64,000 nucleotides of DNA. It comes from Candidatus Danuiimicrobium aquiferis. GTDB lineage: Bacteria > Omnitrophota > Omnitrophia > Omnitrophales > Danuiimicrobiaceae. Below, piece after piece: positions 9,490 to 19,374 of the stretch; the first letter of the stretch is position 1, and each line of letters starts with the position of its first letter. The DNA lies in assembly GCA_001804285.1 (NCBI GenBank), contig MHFR01000068.1, positions 34,383-98,382 on the forward strand, given 5' to 3'. Both the position numbers and the translations under genes were made by a program. The notes under the pieces are model-generated. The model did not search any database, had not been told where the DNA came from, and worked only from the letters and a program-made list of their open reading frames with translations.

Positions 9490-9669
9490 TCCCTGAGCTT
9501 TCTATAAAGAATAGCTTATGAGTAATTAATGTAGCTCAGGGACAGCCATGATTTTCATTGAAATATACTTGGGATTATAAATAGGGAATCATGACAGACC
9601 TTGAGATTCCTATAAAAAATGACATATGGTAACTCAAGGACAGACGCACAGGTCTGTGCGTGTTTTTTT
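9490..9669 (+). ncRNA. Candidate small structured RNA (four consecutive hairpins ending in an intrinsic terminator) just upstream of tRNA-Leu
   Basis: Stems ccctgagct/agctcaggg, catgatt/aatcatg, cttgag/ctcaag, then acgcacag-gtc-tgtgcgt followed by TTTTTTT (9644-9669). No ORF is present. Confidence 0.35.
9644..9669 (+). terminator. Rho-independent terminator (GC stem plus T7)
   Basis: acgcacaggtctgtgcgt followed by ttttttt. Confidence 0.6.
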
Positions 9670-9711
9670 AGATTGGCGGATTTTTGATGAATTTATAAGG
9701 CTTTTTGATAT

Positions 9712-9798
9712 GCCGGGATGGCGAAATTGGCAGACGCACAGGACTTAAAATCCTGAGGGAATTAACATTCCCGTGCCGGTTCAAGTCCGGCTCCCGGC
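9712..9798 (+). tRNA. tRNA-Leu (anticodon UAA) with a long variable arm; no CCA is encoded
   Basis: Acceptor GCCGGGA/TCCCGGC, anticodon stem CAGGA/TCCTG with loop CTTAAAA (anticodon TAA), variable-arm stem GGGAAT/ATTCCC, and T-arm GCCGG-TTCAAGT-CCGGC. Confidence 0.85.
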
Positions 9799-10136
9799 AG
9801 TATTTATTGTTAGGTTCTTCGGCTCATCCCGGCTCATCCCCAATAACAGGGGCAATGGCTAATTTAAGTTCATGTTTAACCGCATAAGATTTTCACGAGC
9901 AGATCTCGCAGTCCAATTCTAAAGTTCGTCAACCTCTATGCAATTTTTGCCCGACGTTCTTGCGCGGAAAAGTGCGATGTCAGCGGCTTTGATTAAATCT
10001 TTTAAAATATCCGATGATAACGCAGCACATGCTCTCTGTTTCTGCCGAATTTTTTATTGTATAAATTTGGGAATAAGATAGAATACGAAACTTATTAACG
10101 GAGTTATTCACCCATCTTCATGACGTATAAAAAAAG

Positions 10137-12041
10137 ATGAATTTTATTGTTTTGATTAAACAAGTTCCGGACGTCTCAAACATTCCAGAAGAAGCTTGGG
10201 ATAGGGAAAAAGGGACGCTTCGACGGAATATGCTTGATAATGTCTTGAATCCCCTTGATTTTCACGCCATCACGTTTGCCTGCCAGCTCCGCGAGAAATT
10301 TGGAGATGAGAGCGGAAAAGTGATTTGTCTTACCATGGGACCGCCGATGGCCAAGGAAGTTCTTCTTGACGGGATTGCGCGCGGTGCAGACGAAGCGATT
10401 TTGCTGACCGACAGGGCTTTTAGCGGGGCAGATACGATTGCAACGGCTTATTCACTGGCTCAATGCATCCGGAAAGTCGAACGGGAAATTTTTAACGGAA
10501 ATCGTGAATACATCATTATTACCGGGATGCAGTCCGTCGACGGTGATACGGCGCAAGTCCCGCCCCAAGTCGCGGAAGTGCTTGGGATGGAACAGATTGC
10601 GTATGCGCAGTCGTTTGATTTCGATAAAAGATTGGTTGTGAAACGCATCGGCCCTCACGGAATGGAATCCATTGTTCCAAAGCGATATCCCGTTTTGATT
10701 ACCACGACCGCATGTACGGAACCGCTTTACCGGTCATTTCACGGGATGCGGGGCGCGCGCGAAAAAACATTTCACCAATGGTCTGCCGCTGATATCCAGG
10801 TCGACCAAGATAAAATCGGCTTGAAAGGTTCCCGGACGCAGGTGTACCGGATTTTTTCGCCAAGTGAGGAAAGAAAAAAGGAGTGTTGTTTTCCAAAAAG
10901 CGTTGATGAATTGATCGATTTGATTGAGCAAAAGTATAAACAGGGTCCGGTGGCAGTTCAGGGGAAAGTGGGACAGGTTTACGCGATCGGGGATAAAAAG
11001 CCGAGTTATCATGGAGAACTTTGGGTTTATATCGAACAATGGAAAGGGCATGTTGCGCCGGTTTCTTACGAACTTTTGGCAAAAGCGCGCGAACTCGCCG
11101 TGCCGCTTAAAGAAAAAGTCGGTGCGGTTCTAGTGGGACATCAAATTTCTGGGATAGCGAAAGAAATGATTGCCCGCGGCGCTGATAAAGTTTATGTTGT
11201 AGATGATCCGCAGCTTGAATATTTTCTTCCGATGCCATATAAAAAAGCCGTTTCCAGCCTTGTGATTCAACACAAGCCGCAAATCATGCTGTTCGGAGCC
11301 ACGCCGCTCGGACGGGAACTTGCACCACGCGTTGCGTCAAGTTCGAATGCCGGATTGACGGCAGATTGTACGAAACTCGAAATTGAGGATTTCATCAAAG
11401 GCAAAGTTGAAATGATCGCCATTTTGAAACAAACGCGGCCGGCTTTGGGCGGAAATATTATGGCGACGATTATGACAAAAGACTGCGATACGCAAATGGC
11501 TACCGTTCGCCCCGGTGTATTGAAAGCAAATGAACCGGATCCTGCCCGGACCGGCGAAATCATTCCATTTAACATTCAAATAACGGCTGATGATATCCGG
11601 ACCGAAGTGATTGCCCGGGAGTCTTTAGTCGAAAAAGCAAGTTTGGCGCATGCGGACATTATTATTTCTGGCGGACGCGGACTTGGAACCAAATCCAGTT
11701 ACGATAAATTTATTCGCCCGCTTGCGGCCGCATTCGGCGAGATGTTTCCGGGGAAAGTTGAAATCGGTGCGTCCCGGATGGCTGTAGAAGACGGGTTTGT
11801 TCCGCATGAACATCAAGTCGGACAAACCGGAACGACAGTTCAACCGAAGTTGTACATTGCATTCGGAATTTCCGGAGCGGTTCAGCATATTTCGGGGATG
11901 CAGCAGGCTGAAATTATTGTGGTGATCAATAAAGATCCGGATGCGCGAATGTTTAATTACGCTGATTTAGGGATGGTTTCTGATTTTCAAACCGTGATTC
12001 CCCAGATGATTGAAGCGGTGAAGAGGAGAAAGAAATCGTGA
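10137..12041 (+). CDS. etfBA: Electron transfer flavoprotein, beta and alpha subunits fused (EtfB-EtfA, FixA-FixB-like)
   Basis: N-terminus MNFIVLIKQVPD is EtfB-like. The C-terminal half carries EtfA FAD-binding motifs (IISGGRGLG, YIAFGISGAVQH). 634 aa is about the sum of both subunits. Confidence 0.8.
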   Translation: MNFIVLIKQVPDVSNIPEEAWDREKGTLRRNMLDNVLNPLDFHAITFACQLREKFGDESGKVICLTMGPPMAKEVLLDGIARGADEAILLTDRAFSGADTIATAYSLAQCIRKVEREIFNGNREYIIITGMQSVDGDTAQVPPQVAEVLGMEQIAYAQSFDFDKRLVVKRIGPHGMESIVPKRYPVLITTTACTEPLYRSFHGMRGAREKTFHQWSAADIQVDQDKIGLKGSRTQVYRIFSPSEERKKECCFPKSVDELIDLIEQKYKQGPVAVQGKVGQVYAIGDKKPSYHGELWVYIEQWKGHVAPVSYELLAKARELAVPLKEKVGAVLVGHQISGIAKEMIARGADKVYVVDDPQLEYFLPMPYKKAVSSLVIQHKPQIMLFGATPLGRELAPRVASSSNAGLTADCTKLEIEDFIKGKVEMIAILKQTRPALGGNIMATIMTKDCDTQMATVRPGVLKANEPDPARTGEIIPFNIQITADDIRTEVIARESLVEKASLAHADIIISGGRGLGTKSSYDKFIRPLAAAFGEMFPGKVEIGASRMAVEDGFVPHEHQVGQTGTTVQPKLYIAFGISGAVQHISGMQQAEIIVVINKDPDARMFNYADLGMVSDFQTVIPQMIEAVKRRKKS

Positions 12042-13621
12042 AAGAGATCGATGTCCTGATTATCGGTGCTGGACCCGCCGGCCTCGCGACTGCGATACGC
12101 CTCAAGCAAAGGTTGAATGCCGAGAAGAAAGACGCGTCTGTCGTTGTGATTGATAAAGAACCGAAACTCGGGTTTCATAATTTATCCGGCGGTGTTTTTG
12201 AAGCCGGCTGCCTTGATGAATTAGTTCCCGGTTGGCGCGAAGGTGAGGAATCTTTTTTTAAACAAACGGTTGAGATTCAAAACGACGAGCTTTATTTTTT
12301 GCTTCCCAAAGCGGCTTTTAAAATTCCTCATCTTGTGGTGCCGAAACTCATGAATCATATCGGAGATTACGCGGTTTCCGTCAGTCGAATGGCTATCTGG
12401 CTCGGAACGGTTGCGCAGAATTTGGGTGTTGAAATTTATTTGGGATTTTCCGCAAAAGAGCTTTTGATTGAAGATGGAAGGGTCAAAGGCGTAAAGCTGA
12501 TGGATTTGGGTCTTGACCGGGACGGAAAGAAGAAATCGAATTTTCTACAGGGTGAAACGGTTCATGCAAAAGTGACCGTTTTGTGCGATGGTTCTCACGG
12601 TGTACTTTCGGAACAACTTTCGAAATTATTGCCGCCGGCAAAAAATCCGCAAGTGTATTCGATTGGGGTGAAACAGCTGATTAAATTGCCGCCCGAAAGT
12701 GCATTTGGGAATAATCGCGCGATTCATACGCTTGGTTTTCCGAACCGTTTCGATGTTTTTGGTGGCGGTTTTATGTATAGCATGCCGGACAATATGATAG
12801 CGATCGGTCTCATTTTGGGGCTCGACTGGCCGTACGGCGATTTGAATGAGCAGCAGGAACTTGAGGTGTTCAAAACGCATCCTTTGATTGCGCGTTTTCT
12901 GAAAGATGGAAAAATTGTTGCGGCCGGAGCGAATACGATTCCCGAAGGCGGGTATTACTCGATTCCCAAATTGTTTACGAACGGCGCTTTGTTGGTAGGA
13001 GATTCAGCCGGTTTTGTGAATATGGAAAAAATCAAAGGAATTCATTATGCGATTCGGGGCGGAATGAGCGCTGCGGATGCAATTTTAGACGCGTTGACCG
13101 CGAATGATTTTACGGAAAAGATATTAGCAAAATATGAAATAAATTTGAAGGAGAGCGGTATTTTAAAAGAGCTTTATCACGCCCGGAATTTTCGGCAGGG
13201 TTTCAAGTACGGACTTCCTATCGGAATGCCGCTTTCTCAGATCCAAAGTTTTATTCCGTTCCCGATCAGTATCGAGGAAGATTATAAAGGCACGAAAAAG
13301 GGGAGACGGCTGAATCGAAAGAAACAAGACTCAATGGATCGCGCGCAGTTTGTTGCGTTGTCAGGTTCGTCGCATGATGAAAATCAACCGTCCCATGTCG
13401 CAATTCCCGATCCTGAGTTGTGTCAGCAATGCGGCAAGTTTTACGCTTACTCGTGTACGCATTTTTGTCCGGGGGAAGTCTACCGGCAAAAAGACGGAAA
13501 AATCGTATTGAGTCCTTCCAATTGTTTGCATTGTCAAACCTGTATAATCAAATGTCCTTTCCATAATATTACGTGGACACCCCCCGAAGGCGGCGAAGGC
13601 CCGAGATTTAAATATCTGTAA
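12038..13621 (+). CDS. Electron-transfer flavoprotein:quinone oxidoreductase (FixC-like FAD domain with a C-terminal FixX-like ferredoxin domain)
   Basis: VLIIGAGPAGLATA FAD-binding GxGxxG motif. C-terminal Cys cluster CQQCGKFYAYSCTHFCPGE...CLHCQTCIIKCP. Confidence 0.75.
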   Translation: MKEIDVLIIGAGPAGLATAIRLKQRLNAEKKDASVVVIDKEPKLGFHNLSGGVFEAGCLDELVPGWREGEESFFKQTVEIQNDELYFLLPKAAFKIPHLVVPKLMNHIGDYAVSVSRMAIWLGTVAQNLGVEIYLGFSAKELLIEDGRVKGVKLMDLGLDRDGKKKSNFLQGETVHAKVTVLCDGSHGVLSEQLSKLLPPAKNPQVYSIGVKQLIKLPPESAFGNNRAIHTLGFPNRFDVFGGGFMYSMPDNMIAIGLILGLDWPYGDLNEQQELEVFKTHPLIARFLKDGKIVAAGANTIPEGGYYSIPKLFTNGALLVGDSAGFVNMEKIKGIHYAIRGGMSAADAILDALTANDFTEKILAKYEINLKESGILKELYHARNFRQGFKYGLPIGMPLSQIQSFIPFPISIEEDYKGTKKGRRLNRKKQDSMDRAQFVALSGSSHDENQPSHVAIPDPELCQQCGKFYAYSCTHFCPGEVYRQKDGKIVLSPSNCLHCQTCIIKCPFHNITWTPPEGGEGPRFKYL

Positions 13622-13663
13622 GTGTGAATTTTTCCGGTGCACATTAATCAGGAAATTCTTTGG

Positions 13664-13760
13664 TGTCATCCCCGCGCAAGCGGGGATCCAGCAGTGCAAA
13701 AGAACTATCGGATAGATTCCCGCCCGCCTGCCGGCGAGGCAGGCTTTCGCGGGAATGACA
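13664..13760 (+). repeat. MITE-like repeat element (complete copy)
   Basis: tgtcatccccgcgcaagcggggatcc...attcccgcccgcctgccggcgaggcaggctttcgcgggaatgaca. It has terminal inverted repeats and internal hairpins. Confidence 0.7.
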
Positions 13761-13915
13761 AAGCGTGCAGAATTTTCACGGATAATAACTTCAAAACGTT
13801 AAACAAATACTGAAACTTGATAAACAAAAATAGATGCGTTGGGTGTATCTCGCGTATATAATGAATATCGGTATTATAATTTGAGGGGCAATCATTAATT
13901 GAAGGAGTTGAAGCT

Positions 13916-14770
13916 ATGAATACCTTTAAAACCATGTTGTTATTAACAGCGATGACGCTGCTTTTTATGTTTGTAGGCGGTGCGATCGGCGGGCGATCGG
14001 GGATGATGACGGCGTTCATGTTTGCCTGTATCATGAATTTAGGATCGTATTGGTTTAGCGATAAAATTGTGTTGGCGATGTATGGAGCAAAACCAATTTC
14101 TGAAGCCGAAGCCCCCGAAATTTATCGGATCGTGAATACCCTTTCTCAGAGGGCAAATGTTCCGATGCCAAAAGTCTACCGGATTCCGACGCATACGCCA
14201 AATGCGTTTGCAACAGGCCGGAATCCTCAGCATGCCGTTGTCGCCGTGACAGACGGGATTTTAGACATATTAAGCGAGGATGAGCTGGCAGGTGTCCTTG
14301 GGCATGAGCTTGGGCACGTGCAGCACCGTGATATTTTGATTGCATCACTTGCCGCAACAATTGCCGGCGCGATTAGCATGCTTGCTTCGATGGCGCGTTG
14401 GGCGTTTATGTTCGGTGGGATTGGAGGACGGGATCGCGAGAATAACGGTCATCCGATTGTTTTTTTGATTTCGGCGATTTTAGCGCCGATTGCGGCCATG
14501 ATGATCCAGTTAGCCATTTCGCGTTCTCGGGAATATGAAGCCGATAAAGCTGGTGCACAATTTTGCGGGAATCCGTTATTTTTGGCGAATGCGCTTCGGA
14601 AACTGGATGCCGGCGTAAAGCGGTTTCCAATGTCAAATGACAGTGCGACAACTGCGCACATGTTTATTGTCAATCCGCTTCGGGGCGGCGGTCTGATGAG
14701 TCTTTTCAGCACGCATCCCCCGATTGAAGAGCGGATTGCACGGCTTGAAAAAATGAGTTACGGCGGGTAG
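13916..14770 (+). CDS. htpX: Membrane zinc metalloprotease HtpX (M48 family)
   Basis: N-terminal TM helices, HELGH zinc motif, and a C-terminus typical of HtpX. Confidence 0.85.
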   Translation: MNTFKTMLLLTAMTLLFMFVGGAIGGRSGMMTAFMFACIMNLGSYWFSDKIVLAMYGAKPISEAEAPEIYRIVNTLSQRANVPMPKVYRIPTHTPNAFATGRNPQHAVVAVTDGILDILSEDELAGVLGHELGHVQHRDILIASLAATIAGAISMLASMARWAFMFGGIGGRDRENNGHPIVFLISAILAPIAAMMIQLAISRSREYEADKAGAQFCGNPLFLANALRKLDAGVKRFPMSNDSATTAHMFIVNPLRGGGLMSLFSTHPPIEERIARLEKMSYGG

Positions 14771-14775
14771 ACGAA

Positions 14776-15453
14776 ATGGCCAGCACTAAAGATTATTATA
14801 AAAGTTTAGGTGTTTCGGAATCGTCAACGGATGACGAAATTAAAAAAGCATATCGGAAACTCGCCGTTAAATATCATCCCGACAAAAATCCAAACAATAA
14901 GCAAGCAGAAGAAAAGTTTAAAGATATTTCCGAAGCTTATTATGTGTTGAGTGATGCCAAGCGGCGCAAAGAATATGACTTAATGAAGAAAGGCGGATTC
15001 CGTTCGGGTTCATTCCACGGCGCAGAAGGCTTTGATTTAAATGAATTTTTGAATGCGGTTCGCGGGCAACGCAGCGGCAGAAAAGGGTTTGGCAGTATTT
15101 TCGATGATTTATTTGGCGAGGATGTTTATTCCTCATCGCAAGGATTTCCGGGCGGGCAAGGCGGCTTCCGGGTTTATACAACGGGGAGTGATCAACCTTT
15201 TCACCAGACACAGGCTCAGAATGAAATGTTGGAAGAAATTGATACAGATATTGATTCGATCGTTTCCATTTCAAAAGATCGGGCATCGAAAGGCGGAAAA
15301 GTTGCGATCCGGAACCGGAGCGGCCAAACCATCAAAGTGGCGATTCCTAAAAACATAAAAGATGGTCAGAGGCTCAGAATTCAAGGTCAAGGGAATGTCT
15401 GCCCCTGTTGTAAAAAAAGGGGAGACTTGTATTTGGCAATTAAGATAAAATGA
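14776..15453 (+). CDS. J-domain (DnaJ-like) co-chaperone protein
   Basis: DYYKSLGV...[15 protein letters not shown] is a J domain with the HPD motif. Gly-rich middle region and a C-terminal CPCC motif. Confidence 0.75.
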   Translation: MASTKDYYKSLGVSESSTDDEIKKAYRKLAVKYHPDKNPNNKQAEEKFKDISEAYYVLSDAKRRKEYDLMKKGGFRSGSFHGAEGFDLNEFLNAVRGQRSGRKGFGSIFDDLFGEDVYSSSQGFPGGQGGFRVYTTGSDQPFHQTQAQNEMLEEIDTDIDSIVSISKDRASKGGKVAIRNRSGQTIKVAIPKNIKDGQRLRIQGQGNVCPCCKKRGDLYLAIKIK

Positions 15454-15577
15454 AATGAGCGCTCAGCTTGCACCTGTCTGTAGACACAGGCGTAAGTTGA
15501 ATGCGCGAATTTTCCGCCACTAAAGCGTTAGAGGATCCGCCAACGTGGTGTGGGGATGACAATGAGTAGGCATATTA

Positions 15578-16150
15578 ATGACGAAAAGGTCTTTGTTGAT
15601 AAAAGTACTGTTAGTGTCGATCTTCATGATGGAAACGGTGTCTATCTCATTTGCAGCTCAACAAGGAAATATGGAGACACGTATGCATAAAATAATTGTG
15701 ACCAGCCCGGCGTTTAAAGATGGCGAAATGATGCCTGAAAAATACACCTGCGACGGCAAAAATATTTCTCCACCTCTTGAATGGATGGATTTACCCATAA
15801 ACACGGAAAGTATCGTTATTGTTGCCGATGACCCGGATGCGCCGATGGGAACATGGGTGCATTGGGTATTATATGATATTCCTCCTTCAGAAGTTTTTAT
15901 AGATGAAGATGTTCCGCCAGTGGGCGTTTTAAATAATGGGGCGACTCACGGAATGACGGATTTTAGAACGATGGGATATGGCGGTCCGTGTCCTCCGAGT
16001 GGCGTACACCGGTATTTTTTCAAGATATATGCTCTCGATGACTTCCTTCATTTGCCGCCCGGTGCGACAAAAGAGCAGATTGAAATGGAAATGGAAGGGC
16101 ATATTGTCGGATATGGCGAATTAATGGGGAAATATCAGAAGAAGCGGTAA
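15578..16150 (+). CDS. YbhB/YbcL-family phosphatidylethanolamine-binding protein (PEBP/Raf-kinase-inhibitor-like), secreted
   Basis: Signal peptide, then SPAFKDGEMMPEKYTCDG...PPLEW...DPDAP...WVHWVLYDIP...GYGGPCPP.GVHRYFFKIYALD is the PEBP signature. Confidence 0.75.
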   Translation: MTKRSLLIKVLLVSIFMMETVSISFAAQQGNMETRMHKIIVTSPAFKDGEMMPEKYTCDGKNISPPLEWMDLPINTESIVIVADDPDAPMGTWVHWVLYDIPPSEVFIDEDVPPVGVLNNGATHGMTDFRTMGYGGPCPPSGVHRYFFKIYALDDFLHLPPGATKEQIEMEMEGHIVGYGELMGKYQKKR

Positions 16151-16160
16151 AAAGTAAAAA

Positions 16161-19103
16161 GTGAAAAGGAAATCATTTCTTTTATCTACCATATTTATTT
16201 GTTTTGTTGGCGTTTATTCTTCCTGCCGGTCCAATTTCGATTTTCTTGTGAGTGATTACCGCTTTGTCCGCGAAGTGGGCGGTGTTCGCGAGTACGAACT
16301 TCAATCTAACGGCCTGCGTGTGCTGCTTGCCGAAGACCATTCCATTCCCGTTGCGACGGTGATGATGACATACCGTGTCGGCTCCCGAAATGAACCCGAA
16401 GGATTGCGCGGCGCGACGCATGTTTTCGAGCATGTGATGTTTAAGGGAACGGAAAAATATAATAAAACGCGAGGGACATCAATTCCGCAAGTTTTGGATC
16501 GTATCGGCGCTTTAATGAATGCGAGTACATGGTCCGACTATACATCCTATTATGAGATATTGTCGAGCGATGGACTTCCGCTCGTGCTCGATATCGAAGC
16601 GGACCGGATGCGTGGACTTCTTCTTGAAAAAAGCGGGTTGGATTCGGAGCGGCGCGTTGTCTTGAGCGAATTTGACCACCTTGAAAATTCTCCGTTGGTC
16701 ATTCTCGACCATGCGGTTCAAAAAGAAGCATTTTTGAAACATCCGTATCGCTTTCCGGTGATCGGCTTACGGACGGATATCGAAAATGTAACCGTTCGGG
16801 ATTTGCGAAATTTTTACGATACGTATTATTGGCCGAATAATGCGGTTCTTGCAGTGGCTGGTGATTTCAAAGAAGGGGATTTACTTCAGAAGATTATCAA
16901 TCTGTACGGCAAAATTCCGCATTCACCGAAAACTATTCCTGAGCCGCACATTCCTGAGCCTGAACAGCAGGGCCGCCGTTTTGTCAGGGTTGAAAAAGAA
17001 GATCGCATCAATGCGGTTTCGATGGTTTATAAATCACCGCGAGGGCAAGATCCTGATACGATTGTATTGGATTTGATCAGCGAAATTCTGAGCCGGGGAA
17101 AGGTGAGCCGTTTGTATCGCGCCTTGGTGGATGAAGGATTGGCCACGGAAGCCGGAGCCGAAGTAGCGAACCGTTACGATCCTGAATTTTTTGAAATCCA
17201 GGCCATTCTTTCCGAGAAAGCCGTGCATCAGGAAGTTGAAGAGCGCATTCTGAAGGTTCTTGATGATGTGAAAGCCGGCGGAGTGACGAAAGATGAACTT
17301 GAGTGGGCAAAAAACAATATCCGGGCACACGCGGCGTATGCACGGGACGGATCGTTTGCTTTTGTCCAGATGTTGAGCGAATTTATCGGTTCCGGTGAGT
17401 GGTCGTATTTTGAAGAGTATCTGAGCCGCATTCAAAATGTTTTGCTTGCAGACATTAAACGGGTAGCAAATCAATATTTTGTTTTCGAACGGCTGACAGC
17501 GGGTTATTTGGTTTCAAAGAAAACGGTCCCTCTTGTATCGATAATTAATTCAGATAACACTTTCTTTCCTCAAACGAATGGCATTGATGAACACATTAAA
17601 AAAAGTGCAGGAGAGAATGCTGTTATGGTTGTTGGTCAATCTGCCAGTGACTTGTCATTCCCGCGGAAGCGGGAATCCATGGATCCCCGCTTACAGCATG
17701 CGGGGATGACAGACGGTGGAACTGTGGACAATGCGAGTACTCTCAAAAATTCCGATCGTATAAGCTGCCGTTTGACGGACCGAATGAGAATAGAGTACAT
17801 CAATGGAATTAAAATCATCAGAGTTAAAACCGGTGTCCGGGATGTTGTGACGATTGCAGGATCCTTCGCCGGCGGAGGAACGGCCTATTCGGAAAATAAA
17901 ATGATTCCCACTCTTACCGTAGAAATGCTTGATAAGGGCACGCAAGGCCGTGATCAATTTGAAATCTCACGGCTTCTCACCAATGTGGGGGCGGAAATTT
18001 CATTTTATTACGATGAGGAACGGGCGGGGTTTAACGTCCGATGCTTAAAGAAAGATATTGCTCTCGTCATGGAGCTTTTGGCGGACGAGTTGCGGAATCC
18101 ATTGTTTGATGCGAAAGAATTTGAAAAACAAAAAGTGCGACGAGAGGTATCGATTCGTGAACAAATGAGTTCCGCTCCGGAGCAAGCGGCGATTTATTTC
18201 TCTCGAGCCGTTTATTCACCGGTCCACCCGCATTATAAAATTTCTTTGGAGGAGGAATTAAAGGAGCTGAGCAATATTTCTGTGAATGATGTGCGTAAAT
18301 TTTATAAAATGAATTATGGGTCGCAGAATATGGTATTTTCGGCCGTCGGAGATGTTGAATTTGGAGAATTTAAAAAAATAGCGGAAAAATATTTTGGCGA
18401 TTGGGAAATGAAAAATAATCCGGAGCAAACAGACGGTAAGGTGGCGGTGAACGGGGAGGGAATAAGAAAAGTGATCTCTATCCCGGACAAACCCAAGGTG
18501 GATGTGATCTTGGGCCACGGACTTCCTCTTGATCGAAAAAGCGAGGATTTCCTTCCTGTTTATCTTTCGAATTTGGTTTTGGGCGGCCCTTTCTCGTCGA
18601 GGCTTGTTTCAACGGTGAGGGATGAGAAAGGCTTGACTTATGCGATTCAATCCAAAATTTCAGGCGTCGAAAAAGGTATTCAAGGAGATTGGCGTATCCA
18701 TTTAATTTTAAATCCGGATAATTTAGAACAGGGAATTAATGAAACAAAAAAACAAATCGAGTTATTTCAGAAGAATGGCGTGACGCAAACAGAACTTGAT
18801 CAAATTAAGCAAACCGTAGCGGGTGAATTCAAAGTCAGCCTGTCCACGACAGGCGGTTTTTCGGCGCAAATATTGCGAAGCGAAGAACTGGGATTGGGCG
18901 TTGGATATCTCGATCAATTCCTTGATCTTATCAATCAAGTGACCTTGGATCAAGCGAATCAAGCGATCCGGAAATACCTTCATCCGGAAGCGCTTCATGT
19001 TGTGATTGCGGGAAGCGTGGAAGGGGAAATAAAAAGGGAAAAGATAAAACCCAATGTCCAAATCCCGATGACCAAGAAAAATTTCAATGTATCAAATCCG
19101 TAA
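16161..19103 (+). CDS. Tandem-M16 (pitrilysin-family) zinc peptidase, ~980 aa, with a repeat-encoded peptide in the inter-domain linker
   Basis: GTG start and signal peptide. The HVFEHVMFKGT inverted zinc motif (HxxEH) in the N-half. A second inactive M16 half. The repeat element at 17653-17711 is translated in frame (SFPRKRESMDPRLQHAGMT). Confidence 0.8.
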   Translation: MKRKSFLLSTIFICFVGVYSSCRSNFDFLVSDYRFVREVGGVREYELQSNGLRVLLAEDHSIPVATVMMTYRVGSRNEPEGLRGATHVFEHVMFKGTEKYNKTRGTSIPQVLDRIGALMNASTWSDYTSYYEILSSDGLPLVLDIEADRMRGLLLEKSGLDSERRVVLSEFDHLENSPLVILDHAVQKEAFLKHPYRFPVIGLRTDIENVTVRDLRNFYDTYYWPNNAVLAVAGDFKEGDLLQKIINLYGKIPHSPKTIPEPHIPEPEQQGRRFVRVEKEDRINAVSMVYKSPRGQDPDTIVLDLISEILSRGKVSRLYRALVDEGLATEAGAEVANRYDPEFFEIQAILSEKAVHQEVEERILKVLDDVKAGGVTKDELEWAKNNIRAHAAYARDGSFAFVQMLSEFIGSGEWSYFEEYLSRIQNVLLADIKRVANQYFVFERLTAGYLVSKKTVPLVSIINSDNTFFPQTNGIDEHIKKSAGENAVMVVGQSASDLSFPRKRESMDPRLQHAGMTDGGTVDNASTLKNSDRISCRLTDRMRIEYINGIKIIRVKTGVRDVVTIAGSFAGGGTAYSENKMIPTLTVEMLDKGTQGRDQFEISRLLTNVGAEISFYYDEERAGFNVRCLKKDIALVMELLADELRNPLFDAKEFEKQKVRREVSIREQMSSAPEQAAIYFSRAVYSPVHPHYKISLEEELKELSNISVNDVRKFYKMNYGSQNMVFSAVGDVEFGEFKKIAEKYFGDWEMKNNPEQTDGKVAVNGEGIRKVISIPDKPKVDVILGHGLPLDRKSEDFLPVYLSNLVLGGPFSSRLVSTVRDEKGLTYAIQSKISGVEKGIQGDWRIHLILNPDNLEQGINETKKQIELFQKNGVTQTELDQIKQTVAGEFKVSLSTTGGFSAQILRSEELGLGVGYLDQFLDLINQVTLDQANQAIRKYLHPEALHVVIAGSVEGEIKREKIKPNVQIPMTKKNFNVSNP
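17653..17711 (+). repeat. MITE-like repeat element inserted inside the M16 peptidase ORF without breaking the frame
   Basis: tgtcattcccgcggaagcgggaatccatggatccccgcttacagcatgcggggatgaca. No stop codon occurs in the host reading frame. Confidence 0.7.
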
Positions 19104-19176
19104 TTGGGTATTTATCTTTTTGGGATTTATTTGTGTCATTGAGATTTGGTCATTGCGCTTTTTAGAATCAACAAAA

Positions 19177-19228
19177 AAGGGGACAGGCATATGACTCAAA
19201 TTGAGCAATTGCCTGGCCCCTTTTTTTT
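19177..19228 (+). terminator. Rho-independent terminator downstream of the M16 peptidase gene
   Basis: aaggggacaggca...tgcctggcccc (10/11-bp stem) followed by tttttttt. Confidence 0.6.
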
Positions 19229-19374
19229 GTGACTAATGTCTAGTGACAAATTTTTCGTTTCACAAAAACTTTCCCCTTTACATTATTTTTTTAATTTCTA
19301 TAATAAACAGCAGTTACAAATTGATCTTTTAAACATTCGCCTTTATGGCGTAAGGTGCTTTGAGCAAATGCCCA

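Noticed and set aside
8996-9496. Two small + strand ORFs (80 and 75 aa) in the decayed region
   Set aside because: They have low-complexity, unlikely amino-acid composition, no RBS, and overlap repeat debris and the hairpin-rich RNA candidate. They were treated as non-coding.
9641-9739. 12-mer cagacgcacagg shared between the terminator hairpin and the tRNA-Leu D-arm
   Set aside because: It could be chance. Integrative elements duplicate tRNA 3' ends rather than D-arms. It was noted but not interpreted.
9820-9840. Direct repeat ggctcatcccggctcatcccc just 3' of tRNA-Leu, considered as a possible integration attachment site
   Set aside because: It is only a 10-nt tandem duplication. No integrase or tRNA 3'-end duplication is nearby, so there is no support for a mobile-element boundary.
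15470-15500. cacctgtctgtagacacaggcg hairpin after the J-domain gene
   Set aside because: It is an imperfect short stem without a T-tract and is not convincing as a terminator. The nearby gtggggatgaca looks like a repeat-family 3' fragment.
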